Shown: positions 12,512-24,050 of the stretch, in pieces | How positions within the stretch are numbered: the first letter of the stretch is position 1 | Layout: every line of letters starts with the position of its first letter | The notes under the pieces: model-generated | What the model saw: the letters and a program-made list of their open reading frames with translations, nothing else | Database searches by the model: none | What the model was told of the DNA's origin: nothing | Position numbers and translations under genes: made by a program | NCBI GenBank assembly: GCA_977018835.1 | Contig: OZ361259.1 | Location: 3,844,001 to 3,908,000 of the forward strand | Direction: 5' to 3' | DNA length: 64,000 nt | Origin: Minutocellus sp. GHC0000111 | Lineage: Eukaryota

Positions 12512-12807
12512 ATGACGGGCGAGAAGACGTTCAAGAATCCCTTTGCGAGTGGTCTGGGCCGCAGTGGGTGAGTTTGCCACTGTTTTGGTATCTTGTGCGC
12601 TTCTTTCTCATGCCTTTACTTCCTCTCCGCACCTAACTCATCCTTTCCTCAACAACTCAACTCAAAAGGCGAATGGCGGCGTGGGTGGTAGCAATAGGTG
12701 CAGTGGCGGCATACAACTATTATGAGAGCTCGAAAGTAGGAGAATTCACGAAAGACGAGCAAGAGACGTGGAATAAGCAGAAGAAGGAGGCATCGGCGTC
12801 GAAATGA
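12512..12807 (+). CDS. 64-aa single-pass membrane microprotein; intron 12568-12668
   Basis: ccaccATG start context and a canonical gtgagt...aag intron containing a CTAAC branch-like site. Spliced product: MTGEKTFKNPFASGLGRSGRMAAWVVAIGAVAAYNYYESSKVGEFTKDEQETWNKQKKEASASK. Confidence 0.7.
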
Positions 12808-13104
12808 ATGGACTCACTGGGGGCTGAAGTGAGAGGTTGGAGGTATTGCCCTTCGGCCCATTCTTGGGCAGATGCAGAAAGCAAGCACAAATACATGTAT
12901 TTGGGTCGAAGTTAGGGGGGTGAAATTACTCCGGATTACCTCCTCTATTAAATGGTCTTGTATTATGGGGCAGAATTGGTGGATGCAGTACAACCTACTG
13001 CTCGGCCATCAAAGTGTGCTGAGCAGCAAATGCTGCGATAAGCGAATACAACGCAATTCATTATCGTGGTGCACATCACACCCTCTCGCATATAAAATAG
13101 AGAA

Positions 13105-13964
13105 CTACTCAACTAGTTTACAGTTGCATTCCCCGACCTCAAATCCCAGTTCCTTCTGCAGTTTGTTCACCATATCCTCGCTACATTCCTCCCTCCGTTC
13201 GTATTCATGCTCCCCAAAGCATTCTACAAAGGCAATCTCCTTGAAGCACAATCGATGCTCAAACAATCCCTTGGAGGCATCATTCTCCTTTTTGATTTTG
13301 GCAAAGAATCGCTGTATCTTTAGCTGATGTGATCCATACCACAGCATAATGCGCGATGCCTCCGATCCCATCCCCTTGCCCCTTGCGGATTCTTCGGCAA
13401 TCATAAATCGAGTTCGGCCTGCACGTGTATTTGTTGTTGTGGATTCGATTCTGCATGTTGCGCTGATGTTGCAGATGATGCACTTGTGGTGCTATTGCCA
13501 ACACATGCATTATCGTTTTCGTCGTCGGTATCTGGCTCCTCCTCCGATAGAAACAGATTGACATCGCCCACCATGGCGTCCAGATTCTTCTCTACAAAGT
13601 CGGGTGCTAGATCTGCAACGCCAGCAGCGGGAGTTGGGCAGGAGGGTGTTTCCTTGCCATTGCCATTCTCTTCATCGCCGTTCCCTCCACCGCCATCTTC
13701 AACTTCGGCGCCATTCTCACCTGCCATTGGCGGCAAGCCCACGCACTCCTCCCTGTCCAGCACGATGAAGGTGCACTTCATGTCATCGTCTCGCCATTCC
13801 CTTTGCATGGTAACCTCCTCCTCCATGCTCAGCGGTTCGGAACCGGTCATTTCCAATAGATGTGGATCGGCCATCCACCCATGATACGTCGGCAAGTGCT
13901 CCGGTCGGTACGGTACGAGGACGACGCGCCGTCCGACGAGGACGGTTTCGTAGTTGAGTCTCAT
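13105..13964 (-). pseudogene. NAT9: GNAT N-acetyltransferase 9-like, 1-bp frameshift at ~13405
   Basis: MRLNYETVLVG..VVLVPY, TGSEPLSMEEE, DDMKCTFIVL and MVGDVNLFL are present. AELD continues as MIAEESARGKGMG in another frame (GAT TT ATG). Confidence 0.85.
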
Positions 13965-14172
13965 GGTCAGGTTGGGCGTGATTCTGTGTTGAAATTCACA
14001 TTGTGCGCCACAGGTTATCCATAACCTGATGAGCACCTTCCAGCTGGACAAAAATGACGGCGATTGCAGGCAAACGCCAGCAATGATACAGGCACACTAA
14101 CTGCTGGAACGCTGGAACACGAACAAGCCACCACCAACCGCTCCACCGTACTAGTATCATCACTCCAATACT

Positions 14173-17100
14173 ATGGTAAAACCCAAGTCCAAGAAGAAGG
14201 CCGGGAAGTCCAAGAAGGGCGGTGGCAAGGCCGGCAGCAGCGGCAAGGCGTCATCCGGCAGCGACGCGTCAACAGCGGCAGCACAACCTTCTCCCGTCAC
14301 CGCCGCGGCCGCCGCTCCAAATGCCCCCACCGCCGTTGGCGACCCCTCCCTCACCTCCCCCCTGGACAACGACCCGCGCTTCCTCCGCGAGTACTCCAAG
14401 AACCTCGCCGATGCCCTCCGGGCCAACGAGCGTTTGCCGCCACCCCCACCGTCCAAGCTCGTGCATGCCACGTACCGCGCCCTCTGCCACGACGATCCCC
14501 GCGTCGACGGTCCGACGGGGGGCGATCCCAGCTGCCGCCTCTTGGCCGAACGGTTGGTCGACGATGCGTTCGGTGCCGGGTCGTTCGTCGAGTTGTCGGG
14601 GTCCGGCGGCATTGGTAGCAATGATGAGGGTATTGGCGGCATTACTTCCAGCATGGGCGGCATGACCATGAAGCGTCGGGGAGGCGGAGGAGGCGCAGGC
14701 ACAAGCACGCAGACTGGCACTGGCAGACCGCAGTCAAGACTGGTCGTGCCAACCATGAGCGCACGCAGCGGCAAGGATCCCAAGAAGGACGACAACTTTG
14801 CCCTGTCCGATCGGCTCGTCGGGGGAATCCTTCAGGCTACCGATCGGACGCCGGCGCCAGCGCCAGCATCAACATCGACGGCTACGGCTGGTGCCAGCAA
14901 GGATGGCAACAACGCGGAACAACAAGATGAGCAGCAGCAGGAGAAGCAGGAACCGGAGAGCTTTGCGGCGGGCCCAGCGGGAGGCCAATCGCTGCCCGCC
15001 ACGCCTGCCGGATATGCCGACCTGGCCTACGCCTCCCTCGTCCGTGGTCCGGCGCTTTGCTGCCGTCCGTCTCATGCGTCCAATTTGGATCGCATCAGAG
15101 CGTTCCTGGGGAGCTACGGCGGACATGTTCGGGTGCGTACCGCCGATGTGGATAAAAAGAAGGGTGGAAGGGTGGACGGCGGTGATGACGGCGACAAGGA
15201 TGTTGCGTCCAAGTGGGAAGATGACATGCTGGAAAAGGCTGCCGAGGCCTACATTCAAGGGATGATTGATATGGGAAAGATATCCGGGGGAGATGGCAAG
15301 GCCAGCATTCTGCCTCCAGCGGCCGAAGATGAAAAGAAGGAAAGCAAGGATGACGAAAACAAGGAGGAGGAATGGGACAGCATCGGTGATGGTAGTAGCT
15401 CGTCGTCGTCGTCCTCGGGATTCTTCCGCAACCAACAGCCGGCGCAGCACCTCCCGCCGTCTGATGGTGCTGCTGCCGAAACCAACTCACTCGAGGAGAT
15501 ATTTGCCGAGGAATCCGATCCGGATGACTTTGAGTACGAATCGCACCACGACCCGGCCGCCGAGCTCGCTGCCGCTGTTCAGTATATCGAAGAGTCGTTC
15601 GATCCACACCATTTGAGCCAGCGCAACGCCCAGATGAACTGGGACGGTGCGCGAGATCGGCTGGCCTCGCTTCTCGATGAGTTGGCTTACAACCGTATGC
15701 TCCATCTTTCCAAATTGCGTTGGGAGTCAGTAGGTGCCTCGGCAACTCTGGTCGAACTGACCCGTGCCTTGTTGGACGCCGATATTGCCAACGATCCTGG
15801 ATCGAGCAGCAGTCGGCCTGCGGTCATCAAGACCGAGACGCTGCTCCGGCGGCCGACACATCTGCCCCCCTCTGCATCGCTTTCGGCTTTGACGGCCCAG
15901 TGGTCAAAGCCACTCGCGGTATTGCGAGATCGCGCTTTAGATGCAACATATTCTCACGACGCCCTACAGGCTTACATTGATTTTGTAAAGGGTCTTTTGA
16001 ACGCTCCCACCCCTCGAGCTTGCAGTGTCACATCGAACAGCAAGACAAATCCAACCAAAGTTGTCGGGCTCGCATCATTGTCGACTCTCTGCGGCTATGA
16101 TGGCGTACTCCGAACCAAATCCGGCCCAGCACGGCAAAAGGTGCGGGACAGCATCATTGACAGCATTGATGGAATCATCGACATTGTGGAATGCGTTCGC
16201 CAGTCCACTTGCGCGCCATCTTCTACCGTCACAGGAAATGAAACACCTGCACTTCATCTTCCTAGTGCAGACATTGCGGATGATGACAAAAAAGATAGCA
16301 ACGCTGCAAGAAAAGGCGATGCCGAAGATGAAAATAACATACCAGCGGATTGGGTTCGGGTTGTTGTCAGCCTCTTACCGGTCCTTCAATTTCTTGCCAA
16401 TACGCAATTATCAGATTATGGCCGGCTGGATTGGTCTGACGCGTCAGCCACACTTTCACAGCAGGAGGCACAGTCACTCCTGAATACCGGATTGTTTCGT
16501 GAGCTAATACTGCTCCAGGCAGCCGCTGCTAGTGAGCAGAAGGATGGTGCAGTAGCCGCAACTCGCAACCGTCTCCTCCGAGCTATTTTCGTCCTATCGG
16601 CTCAATCAGTATCTGTTTTGGGGAAGTACGCAACTCGAGTTCCAGAGCTAGCGTCACAGATTCATTCCGCCGCCTTTCTGGAGACAAACTTGGTCGAAGC
16701 GACGCTGTGGGCAGCACTGAGTTCAAATCTGCAGTCGCCGACAAAGTCTACTTTACGGCTTCGAGGTGTGGCAGCTCCTCCTTCGATTGACAAGCAAAAT
16801 GGAGAATGTCTCCATGGATTCACTACTCTATGCGAACGCGTCGATGAAGCACTGAAATCAATGATTTCCAAATCCAAAGATGAAGAAGATGGCAGACCGC
16901 AGGAGTCGAAAGACCGAACAATCGAAGATGCACCATATCACTTTATGGAATTTACAAACTGCATTGCCAACCTCTCAGCCATCTCCCAGTCCTGGGTCAA
17001 TGCAATATCGTCAATCGACGGTGGCACGGAAAAGGCATTGCAGCGTTTGGAGGCGATACGGAGGACACTCGCCCTGATTCCCATCAAGAAGGCTTCCATG

Positions 17101-17358
17101 CGAGCACAAGTGCCTGGCAAAGACCACGAGGTCGAAGGTGGGGACGTCGACGATGATAACAAGGACTCCTCTTCGGCCACTTCAGGCGCTGACGGCAGCA
17201 AGTCATCACGAATCAATGATGAAATTGTTGCCTCTATACGAAAGGGTATCAAGATTGTGTCTTTGTTGCTTGAGGCCGGACCAAGCAAGTCGTCAGACGC
17301 GGGTGCCGGTCAAGGAGAAGACCTCAGCCATCGTGATGTATCCTCTAAAACTGATTAA
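14173..17358 (+). CDS. Hypothetical 1061-aa protein with a basic N-terminus, acidic tract and probably helical C-terminal region
   Basis: Long uninterrupted ORF with coding-like composition; no family recognised. Confidence 0.8.
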   Translation: MVKPKSKKKAGKSKKGGGKAGSSGKASSGSDASTAAAQPSPVTAAAAAPNAPTAVGDPSLTSPLDNDPRFLREYSKNLADALRANERLPPPPPSKLVHATYRALCHDDPRVDGPTGGDPSCRLLAERLVDDAFGAGSFVELSGSGGIGSNDEGIGGITSSMGGMTMKRRGGGGGAGTSTQTGTGRPQSRLVVPTMSARSGKDPKKDDNFALSDRLVGGILQATDRTPAPAPASTSTATAGASKDGNNAEQQDEQQQEKQEPESFAAGPAGGQSLPATPAGYADLAYASLVRGPALCCRPSHASNLDRIRAFLGSYGGHVRVRTADVDKKKGGRVDGGDDGDKDVASKWEDDMLEKAAEAYIQGMIDMGKISGGDGKASILPPAAEDEKKESKDDENKEEEWDSIGDGSSSSSSSSGFFRNQQPAQHLPPSDGAAAETNSLEEIFAEESDPDDFEYESHHDPAAELAAAVQYIEESFDPHHLSQRNAQMNWDGARDRLASLLDELAYNRMLHLSKLRWESVGASATLVELTRALLDADIANDPGSSSSRPAVIKTETLLRRPTHLPPSASLSALTAQWSKPLAVLRDRALDATYSHDALQAYIDFVKGLLNAPTPRACSVTSNSKTNPTKVVGLASLSTLCGYDGVLRTKSGPARQKVRDSIIDSIDGIIDIVECVRQSTCAPSSTVTGNETPALHLPSADIADDDKKDSNAARKGDAEDENNIPADWVRVVVSLLPVLQFLANTQLSDYGRLDWSDASATLSQQEAQSLLNTGLFRELILLQAAAASEQKDGAVAATRNRLLRAIFVLSAQSVSVLGKYATRVPELASQIHSAAFLETNLVEATLWAALSSNLQSPTKSTLRLRGVAAPPSIDKQNGECLHGFTTLCERVDEALKSMISKSKDEEDGRPQESKDRTIEDAPYHFMEFTNCIANLSAISQSWVNAISSIDGGTEKALQRLEAIRRTLALIPIKKASMRAQVPGKDHEVEGGDVDDDNKDSSSATSGADGSKSSRINDEIVASIRKGIKIVSLLLEAGPSKSSDAGAGQGEDLSHRDVSSKTD

Positions 17359-17709
17359 GGGAGCGCTAGGCAGGCTAGACTATGCATGAAGTATAAATAT
17401 GATAGCTAAGTAGTACATGTATGGTGAGGTGGATTTTCTATTCTTAAAATATATATATTACATACTTTGTAATATATATGTAATATGCACTGCTCGTGGC
17501 TGTGGCCTTCCAGCTACACAGCAAGAGTGCCTACAGCGTGTTCTTCGCTGGACTGGGCCTTGTGTTATTAGATTCCAAGCAACATTTAGAAGAAACGGTG
17601 TTCCGAGTAATCGCAAGACGCGACAGGATGGACAAGCACTGCTCAGCTACGTAGTAGTAGGCCTCTGGTTACATTGGTTTGTTATGTGTGTATCATCCAT
17701 CACACGCAC

Positions 17710-18195
17710 TCACGCCGTCATCCCACCCCTCTCTGTATTCTTCATGAGCTTGAGGATAAAACTATCTCTCGATCTGCCCTGAAAGCTTCCATTCTTCCTT
17801 GGAGGTCCTTCCTGGTGCACACCTCGACTGCTTCGTGTTACCTGCTTTTTGCGGAGAGAAGCAGAGGCCGTTTTTGCCTCGTAGTACAGGACGCCATCGC
17901 TCGACGACTTGGGAGTTTGGGAGAGCATGGCCCTCCCGGCCGATGCGGCGGCATGGTTGGTTTGTCTTGGCTTTTTCGTTGGATGGGGCTGAGCAGCAAT
18001 GTCGGAAGTATCGAACGTCTCGTTGACACCAGCTCCGCTCCTTTCGGACTGCCCGAGCTCATCAGACACGCCGATAGATTTGAGCTTTAGAAGTTCCATG
18101 AGACTTGCGAGGCTGGGAGCGCTGAGAGAGATGCTGCTGTCAAAGGAGCCATTTCGAAGGCTGCTGTTGCTGGACCTACTTCGGATTTTGTGCAT
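17710..18195 (-). CDS. Gene A copy 1: small Ser/Arg-rich hypothetical protein
   Basis: Paralogous to the ORFs at 20420-20908 and 50424-50918 (shared PSLxSLMELLKLKS, SSSDGxLYYEAKT, GSFQGRSRDxFILK); the frame is conserved despite divergence. Confidence 0.75.
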   Translation of the reverse strand: MHKIRSRSSNSSLRNGSFDSSISLSAPSLASLMELLKLKSIGVSDELGQSERSGAGVNETFDTSDIAAQPHPTKKPRQTNHAAASAGRAMLSQTPKSSSDGVLYYEAKTASASLRKKQVTRSSRGVHQEGPPRKNGSFQGRSRDSFILKLMKNTERGGMTA

Positions 18196-18772
18196 CGTTG
18201 GCTGGGGTTGGGGGCGGGGTTCGGGGCTGGGATTGGGATTGAAGAAAGTAGGAAATGAATTGGTTGTATTACGTAGCTACGTGGCAAGGCCTACTCTACG
18301 AGCAATTGAGCCCCTGTTGTGCAGATGGATTGACTGACTGACCTGATGCTTCACTCTCTCCAATAAATGTACAGAAGGCCTTTTAGAGAGCGTGCCGCTC
18401 AGTGCCGGATAGCCGATATCTGACGGGGCGGGGGGGGGGGTGGCGAGTAAAGGCAGGAGTGTGATTCTACAGCCCTCGTGTCAGAACATTTTCGATGTTG
18501 CCATGTTTGCAAGTTGTCCCATAATAGGCCTATGTTTTGTAATGTACGGTCAAGGAAGAAACTGGGTGCAAGAAAATTCAGAAATCTGCCTGGGAATGCT
18601 TCCAGAAAATATCAATCCATAAACATGCGCATGTCATTAGCTACGTAGGCCTACTATTATGTGTGACATCCCGGCGACATCCCGCTTGGCTGGGGGTTGG
18701 CCGGCCAATCGCAATCTAATGAGCTGCTACATGTATCCGCATGGTTGGTGATGTGGCCCGCATACCTCGAAC

Positions 18773-18773
<1 letters not shown>

Positions 18774-18836
<63 letters not shown>
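18774..18836. repeat. (CAA)21 microsatellite upstream of gene B copy 1
   Basis: Read directly; not expanded in the paralogous region near 54110. Confidence 0.95.
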
Positions 18837-18897
18837 CCAACTCCCAATACCAATCGACGGCAATATTACTGTACCAGTTGGAAATAAATAAACAACC

Positions 18898-19485
18898 ATG
18901 GCGCCGTCAACCGTAACCCCGCACTCGAGCACGATGATTTCGACGACAGCAACAACCACGTCGCACAATAAACCAGAGATGAGGCCGTCTTCATCTCGAA
19001 TGGAAGGGATAGCACAACAGCATCAGACAAAAGGAAGACGACTGAAATTCTCTCGAAGGACCAGGATATATCTCATACCCACCCTCGACGAGCTCACACA
19101 AACAGAGTACGACGCCTGCTACCGAACACCCCAGGACGAAAAAGAATGCCAAGACCATCTCGTCAAGACCATCACTACGGCACGCCAACACGAAGGCGGG
19201 GGTATCCCTCAAAGCCATCAAGATCAGCTCACAACCCGAGGCATCGAGCACATGACCTGCTCCAACCGCATGCACCGACGCTCGGAAATCAAGAAGCGTG
19301 TGGTGAATGCCGTCCTCGACGAACAAGACCAGCAGTTCGACGACTACGAGGCTGGCAAGACGTCGCATCCGGTCTCCAATCCAGAACGGATCGCATCCAT
19401 ATCGCAGCGTCTGACACGCCAGTGCACCATCGTGTCCAGGAACAAGGCGATGCAAGATGCAGAGGAGGCCGCCATGTACGTGTAA
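18898..19485 (+). CDS. Gene B copy 1: diatom-type hypothetical protein (LKF...IP...RGIE...AVLDEQ motif family)
   Basis: Three paralogues in the window; the motif pattern resembles a widespread uncharacterised diatom family. Confidence 0.8.
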   Translation: MAPSTVTPHSSTMISTTATTTSHNKPEMRPSSSRMEGIAQQHQTKGRRLKFSRRTRIYLIPTLDELTQTEYDACYRTPQDEKECQDHLVKTITTARQHEGGGIPQSHQDQLTTRGIEHMTCSNRMHRRSEIKKRVVNAVLDEQDQQFDDYEAGKTSHPVSNPERIASISQRLTRQCTIVSRNKAMQDAEEAAMYV

Positions 19486-20419
19486 GGTCAAGGCAGGCCC
19501 GTGATTCCAATACCATTGCCAGTTATGCTACCGGTAGTAACATTTCGATCTGCGTACCTAGGTATACCTAAAAATAGTTTATGTGCAAATTTATAAAACG
19601 GTGCCTACAGGCGTTATCAGGCGTTGGGTGGCAGCGGTCGAGTTGTATTCTGCTTGCTCGGCGGTACTCTATTACATTGGTTTGTCAGCTGGGATAGTGG
19701 GTCTGCTTGGTTGAGCTTTGCTCCCAGGAGGAATTACGTCTCAAGCTGTCCGTGTGAGAGTGGCCGATGGTCTTGAGCGGCTTGGAGTCTCGATGATATA
19801 CTCTGCCATATAGCCAGCAACCGAAGAGAAGTCGAGGGCACCGAGTGAAGTCCATGTGCGTCGAAGAATAGATCTCCTACCATTCTATTCCCACGATTGG
19901 TTGGGAAGAGTATGAATGATCATTTAGAGGACACACACCTGTGTGACAATATTTTCTACAGAAACGTTCATCAGATCGACATAATCAGGCGATGGTACAA
20001 ATTGGTACATGCAGGCCTCTGACAGTGGTGGATTCTTAGCATGTTATTCCAAAGCAATTCCGAGGATAGAAGAGGTCCTGAACAGCTGCTCTGTGATTGA
20101 ACTGAGTGATTTGCGGATACTTCTATTGTCGATCTGAGTACATTTAGGAATCCTACATGTGTGCGCCAAATAAATTGTCATACTCTACAAATCTGCAAAG
20201 AATGCCGCTAGTAGTAGGAGTACATAAATGTAGGCCTACAATAGTGGGCTTGAACGCTGTCATGAGTTACATGTAATGTGTTTTTATATTTTTACGTTCG
20301 TCGCCGGTAGCAAGAGATTTGATGTGTCAATTGGTGCACGCTACTTGTTGCATCGTACTTTGGGTTTCAGTTGCTGATTAATGACAATCCGACATGTGCA
20401 TCTGCCGCCTGCGGAAAAG

Positions 20420-20908
20420 TCACTTCTTTTCCGCCATCTTCATGATTTTGAGAATGAAAGTATCTCTCGACCTTCCCTGGAAGCTGCCACACTTTCTTGG
20501 AGCACCATCTTGTTGGATACTTCGATTGCGTGTGACGTTCTTTCTTTGTGGAAGGTCGAACTTTGTCTTTGCCTCGTAGTAAAGGAGACCATCGCTCGAT
20601 GACTTGGGCGTTTGGGAGAGCATGGCCCTTCCAGCTGATGCTGCGGCGGGGTTGGCCTGTCTTGGCTTTTTGAATGGATGTGCCGGTTGGAGAGGCGTGT
20701 GGTCAAAAACCTCGTTGTTTTTTAATGTTGTCCTCCCTGGCTGCGCTGTCGGCTCGAAGTAGTCGCAATCACTATTGCTGGTACCGGTAGATGATTTCAG
20801 CTTTAGAAGTTCCATTAGGCTTGAAAGACTGGGGACGCTCGAAGAAATACTTCCATCATGTGATCCATTTCGACGGATGCTTGAGTTTTCACCTTGTGTG
20901 CCTTGCAT
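20420..20908 (-). CDS. Gene A copy 2 (most divergent copy)
   Basis: Same conserved blocks as copies 1 and 3. Confidence 0.75.
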   Translation of the reverse strand: MQGTQGENSSIRRNGSHDGSISSSVPSLSSLMELLKLKSSTGTSNSDCDYFEPTAQPGRTTLKNNEVFDHTPLQPAHPFKKPRQANPAAASAGRAMLSQTPKSSSDGLLYYEAKTKFDLPQRKNVTRNRSIQQDGAPRKCGSFQGRSRDTFILKIMKMAEKK

Positions 20909-21662
20909 CTCGATGGGTTTGGTCTCAGTGTAACAGCAGATTAGTTGATACGATGCGATTCGATTCGATGCGATTCATTCGTTTTGTTCGGCTTCTATTT
21001 TTGCCTGTATTTTTGAGGCAAACGCAAAATGAGGAGAGCGTCTGCTACGCTTGCTGCTGCTGCGTCATGAATACGACACATGCACGCTGGTCCCCACACG
21101 AGACAAGCAACCTTTTTGGAGGAGGTGACCGACTGATTGAAAAGATATTTTGCTGTGACAAATCCTCCGACATGGATTCTACGACTCGACCGTGCCATGT
21201 GGCCCGGATCGGCCCTTGTGTAAGAAAAGGGCTGTAGTGATGACGCGCTATCTCGTCAAGATTTCTGTGGGATTTGTAAGCCTTAGTAAGGCCGGCCAGA
21301 ACGACGTGGCAGAGAAAACATTGGTGCCGGACTGCAGGACTCTTGGCTGCAGTTTGAGCGTCGTCGCGACGAAGATTTATGTGCGCGGGAGTGTTCTCGC
21401 CCCTCAGAATACCCAGAATGTCAGATCTGCAACAGCTGTTCAGTCGTCGAGGTGTGAAATCAGAAACTGGTCTCTTCGGACGACGCGCAAAAGGTACTCT
21501 AGCTAGTAGAGTAAGACGGAACAAATGAAACTTGGGCACGAATTCAGAAATAAGGCTACGACTGAGTGAAGTGTCGATGTCGCAATGCATTCCGAATGAA
21601 TTCATCTCAGCACAAATTAAAATTGACCAGCAACAATCGCATCAAACTTACTTCCTCCCATC

Positions 21663-22202
21663 ATGTCATCGCTGCGCGTATCTTCAAAGCCAGAGGCGAA
21701 TTCGACGCCCCGTACTCCACGGAGAGCAAGAGATGGCAGGGATCAAACCATCAATAAGCGCCGACTGCAATTCTCTCGAAGAACTAGGATCTACCTGATA
21801 CCCACCCTCGACGAGCTCACGCAATCAGAGTACGACGCCTACTACCGAACACCCCAGGATGAAAAAGAATCCCAAGACCACCTCGTCAAGACCATCACGA
21901 CAGCACGCCAACACGAAGGGGGCAATATACCTCAAGACCTACAAGACCAGCTCACAATCCGAGGAATTGAGCACATGACCTGCCCCAACCGCATGCGCCG
22001 ACGCTCGGAAATCAAGAAGCGCGTGGCGAATGCCGTCCTCGACGAGCAAGACCAGCAGTTCGACGACTACGAGGCTGGCAAGACGTCGCATCCGGTCTCC
22101 AATCCAGAACGGATCGCATCCATATCGCAGCGTCTGACACGCCAGTGCACCATCGTGTCCAGGAACAAGGCGATGCAAGATGCAGAGGAGGCCGCCATGT
22201 AA
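21663..22202 (+). CDS. Gene B copy 2
   Basis: Core near-identical to copies 1 and 3, with a different N-terminus. Confidence 0.8.
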   Translation: MSSLRVSSKPEANSTPRTPRRARDGRDQTINKRRLQFSRRTRIYLIPTLDELTQSEYDAYYRTPQDEKESQDHLVKTITTARQHEGGNIPQDLQDQLTIRGIEHMTCPNRMRRRSEIKKRVANAVLDEQDQQFDDYEAGKTSHPVSNPERIASISQRLTRQCTIVSRNKAMQDAEEAAM

Positions 22203-22304
22203 GATCGAGGCAGACCTGTGATTCTTTTACCATTGGCAGTGGTAGTAATTTTCGCACCACCTAAAATGCATTATTATATGTATATCAATGTTTTTATTCT
22301 GCTG

Positions 22305-23751
22305 TTATCGCCCATCATTACGAGCACCACACGATTCCATGGCCGAACTCAAGTATTTTGCTACATCGCTATCGTCCCCCCAATTTCTTCGAGCAATCTC
22401 GTGGGCTGTAATCTCCTCGCCCCCGCCATCCTCTTCCACAATGATTGCAACATTAGCCCCACTCTCCACCAAGAATCGAACAGCTTCAACATGCCCAGAA
22501 TGAGCTGCGTAAGCCAGCAAGGTCCATCCGTCGTCATCTCGATCGTCAACCTTCACTTGGTGTCCATCAAGATGTATTCTCAACGCTTCGATATCGCCTT
22601 TGTATGCGGCATAGTGTGCCGGCTCCCAATCCTCTTCATTGTCGCTCCAGTCGTCGAGTTTTGCATCATCTATATCATCGTAGTCTTCCCTAGCAGCCTC
22701 GTTTCCTTGGAGTTCCTGTGTATAGTACAGATCGATGAGATCGGGATCAGTACCAGGAACTATGTATTGTGGTGGGAATATCCCTTCGCTGATAGGTTCA
22801 AAGTGCACAAAGACATTGGCGTAGTACTCCCCCTTCAAAGGAATAGGCCGACCATGGATCAAGGAATGGCTCTCATACAGTACCATCTCTCCAGGACTTA
22901 GGGTAATATTCACTGCCATGCCTTGTCTGTCGTAAACCTCCAGAGGCCAAGGTTCTTCGACCGATTGTTCGACGTTGATGATCGCACTACAAACAAGAGG
23001 TAGCCTGTCAGTGTGTGGGAGCAGAACAGACCCTTCCTTGTACACCTGTTGAGGGGGGGAGTATGAACATAGAATTATGACAGGTCAGCTCAAAACTTAT
23101 ATGCTCGTTGCGTCTCACTTTTGCTCTCCTTTCGGTTGATTGTCTACTCACCCGAATTCCATAAATTGATGATCCAACCAATTTTTGACCAGTCCACTCG
23201 CTAACGATAGGACGAGTGACATCCCAAATGGCCTGCTTGATCCTCTCACCACTTCCACGCAACGATTCGTCGTCCAGACTAACCATGGTGGTAGGAATTT
23301 CGAGCTGATTGATTATGCCGGTCTGTCCCTCCTCCTCCTGCAAATGTTTGTTGCTTTCCCAAAATTGAGAAAGCATATCGCTCACTTCTTTTGGGGCCGT
23401 CACCTTGAGATAACCCGTCGAGGTGTAGTTGACCACGATTGCGGGCTGTTCCAGATTGCCCTGGATTCGATCTTGTTCGGCTTCATCCGCTTCGGAAGGA
23501 TCTTGTCCCTCCATGATTAGATTTTGTTTCCACGTTTTCATGAAATCCCGATAGAAACGTCGCCTGTGAGCCATAGATCCGCCGTCAGATAGAGAGGGAT
23601 CGTCATCACGAAACCGATGGTGATGGATTGGAATCGATACGTCGACGCCATATGTTGTTCCGGCGTGGCTGTTCTGTTGGTCGGCGGCATTGTCGGATTC
23701 GCCGCCATTTACGGACGCCAGCGCGCACAGCAAGAGTACCAACGTTATCAT
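22305..23751 (-). CDS. Secreted 2OG-Fe(II) oxygenase (prolyl hydroxylase-like) with C-terminal ankyrin repeats; intron 23046-23151
   Basis: Signal peptide MITLVLLLCALASVNG. The intron (CGG|gtgagt...cag|GTG) gives SIYGIRVYKEGSVLLPHTDRLPL (HxD). LIHGRP supplies the distal His; ankyrin repeats are PAHYAAYKG and GWTLLAYAAHSGH. Confidence 0.85.
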
Positions 23752-23834
23752 AGTCGACAGGAAATATCACCAAAGATGTGCCGGGAGTGGCTTGTCCAGC
23801 AGCAAAGAGCAGTAAGCAAGCACGTGCTAATCCC

Positions 23835-23903
23835 AGGCAGGGTTCGGATTGATGCAAGAGCGCCCACCTAGGCAGGGTTCGGATTGATGCAAGAGCGCCC
23901 ACC
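23835..23903. repeat. Tandem duplication of 34 bp (AGGCAGGGTTCGGATTGATGCAAGAGCGCCCACC, twice, 1-nt spacer) in a bidirectional promoter region
   Basis: Exact copies at 23835-23868 and 23870-23903. Confidence 0.9.
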
Positions 23904-24050
23904 AAGAAAAGTCACTCGCTACTTTGTTTGCTTTGTCGCGGCTGTGCCAAAGTTTCGCCTTGCTTGTGCTGCTTCGCGCTCGCCGTTTTTTATTACGAGC
24001 CATCCAATCCGCCCAGTCGGCACATACCATGTACCTCGCCTCCACCCATC

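Noticed and set aside
18657..18968. Poly-Leu and poly-Asn ORFs
   Set aside because: Translations of the (CAA)21 microsatellite, which is absent from the paralogous promoter.
19570..20380. Possible degraded gene or transposon remnant between cassette copies 1 and 2 (similarly 49780-50080)
   Set aside because: Only short interrupted frames with no motif I can assign.
23835..23903. CRISPR-like repeat
   Set aside because: Two adjacent copies with a 1-nt spacer, eukaryotic context and no cas genes.
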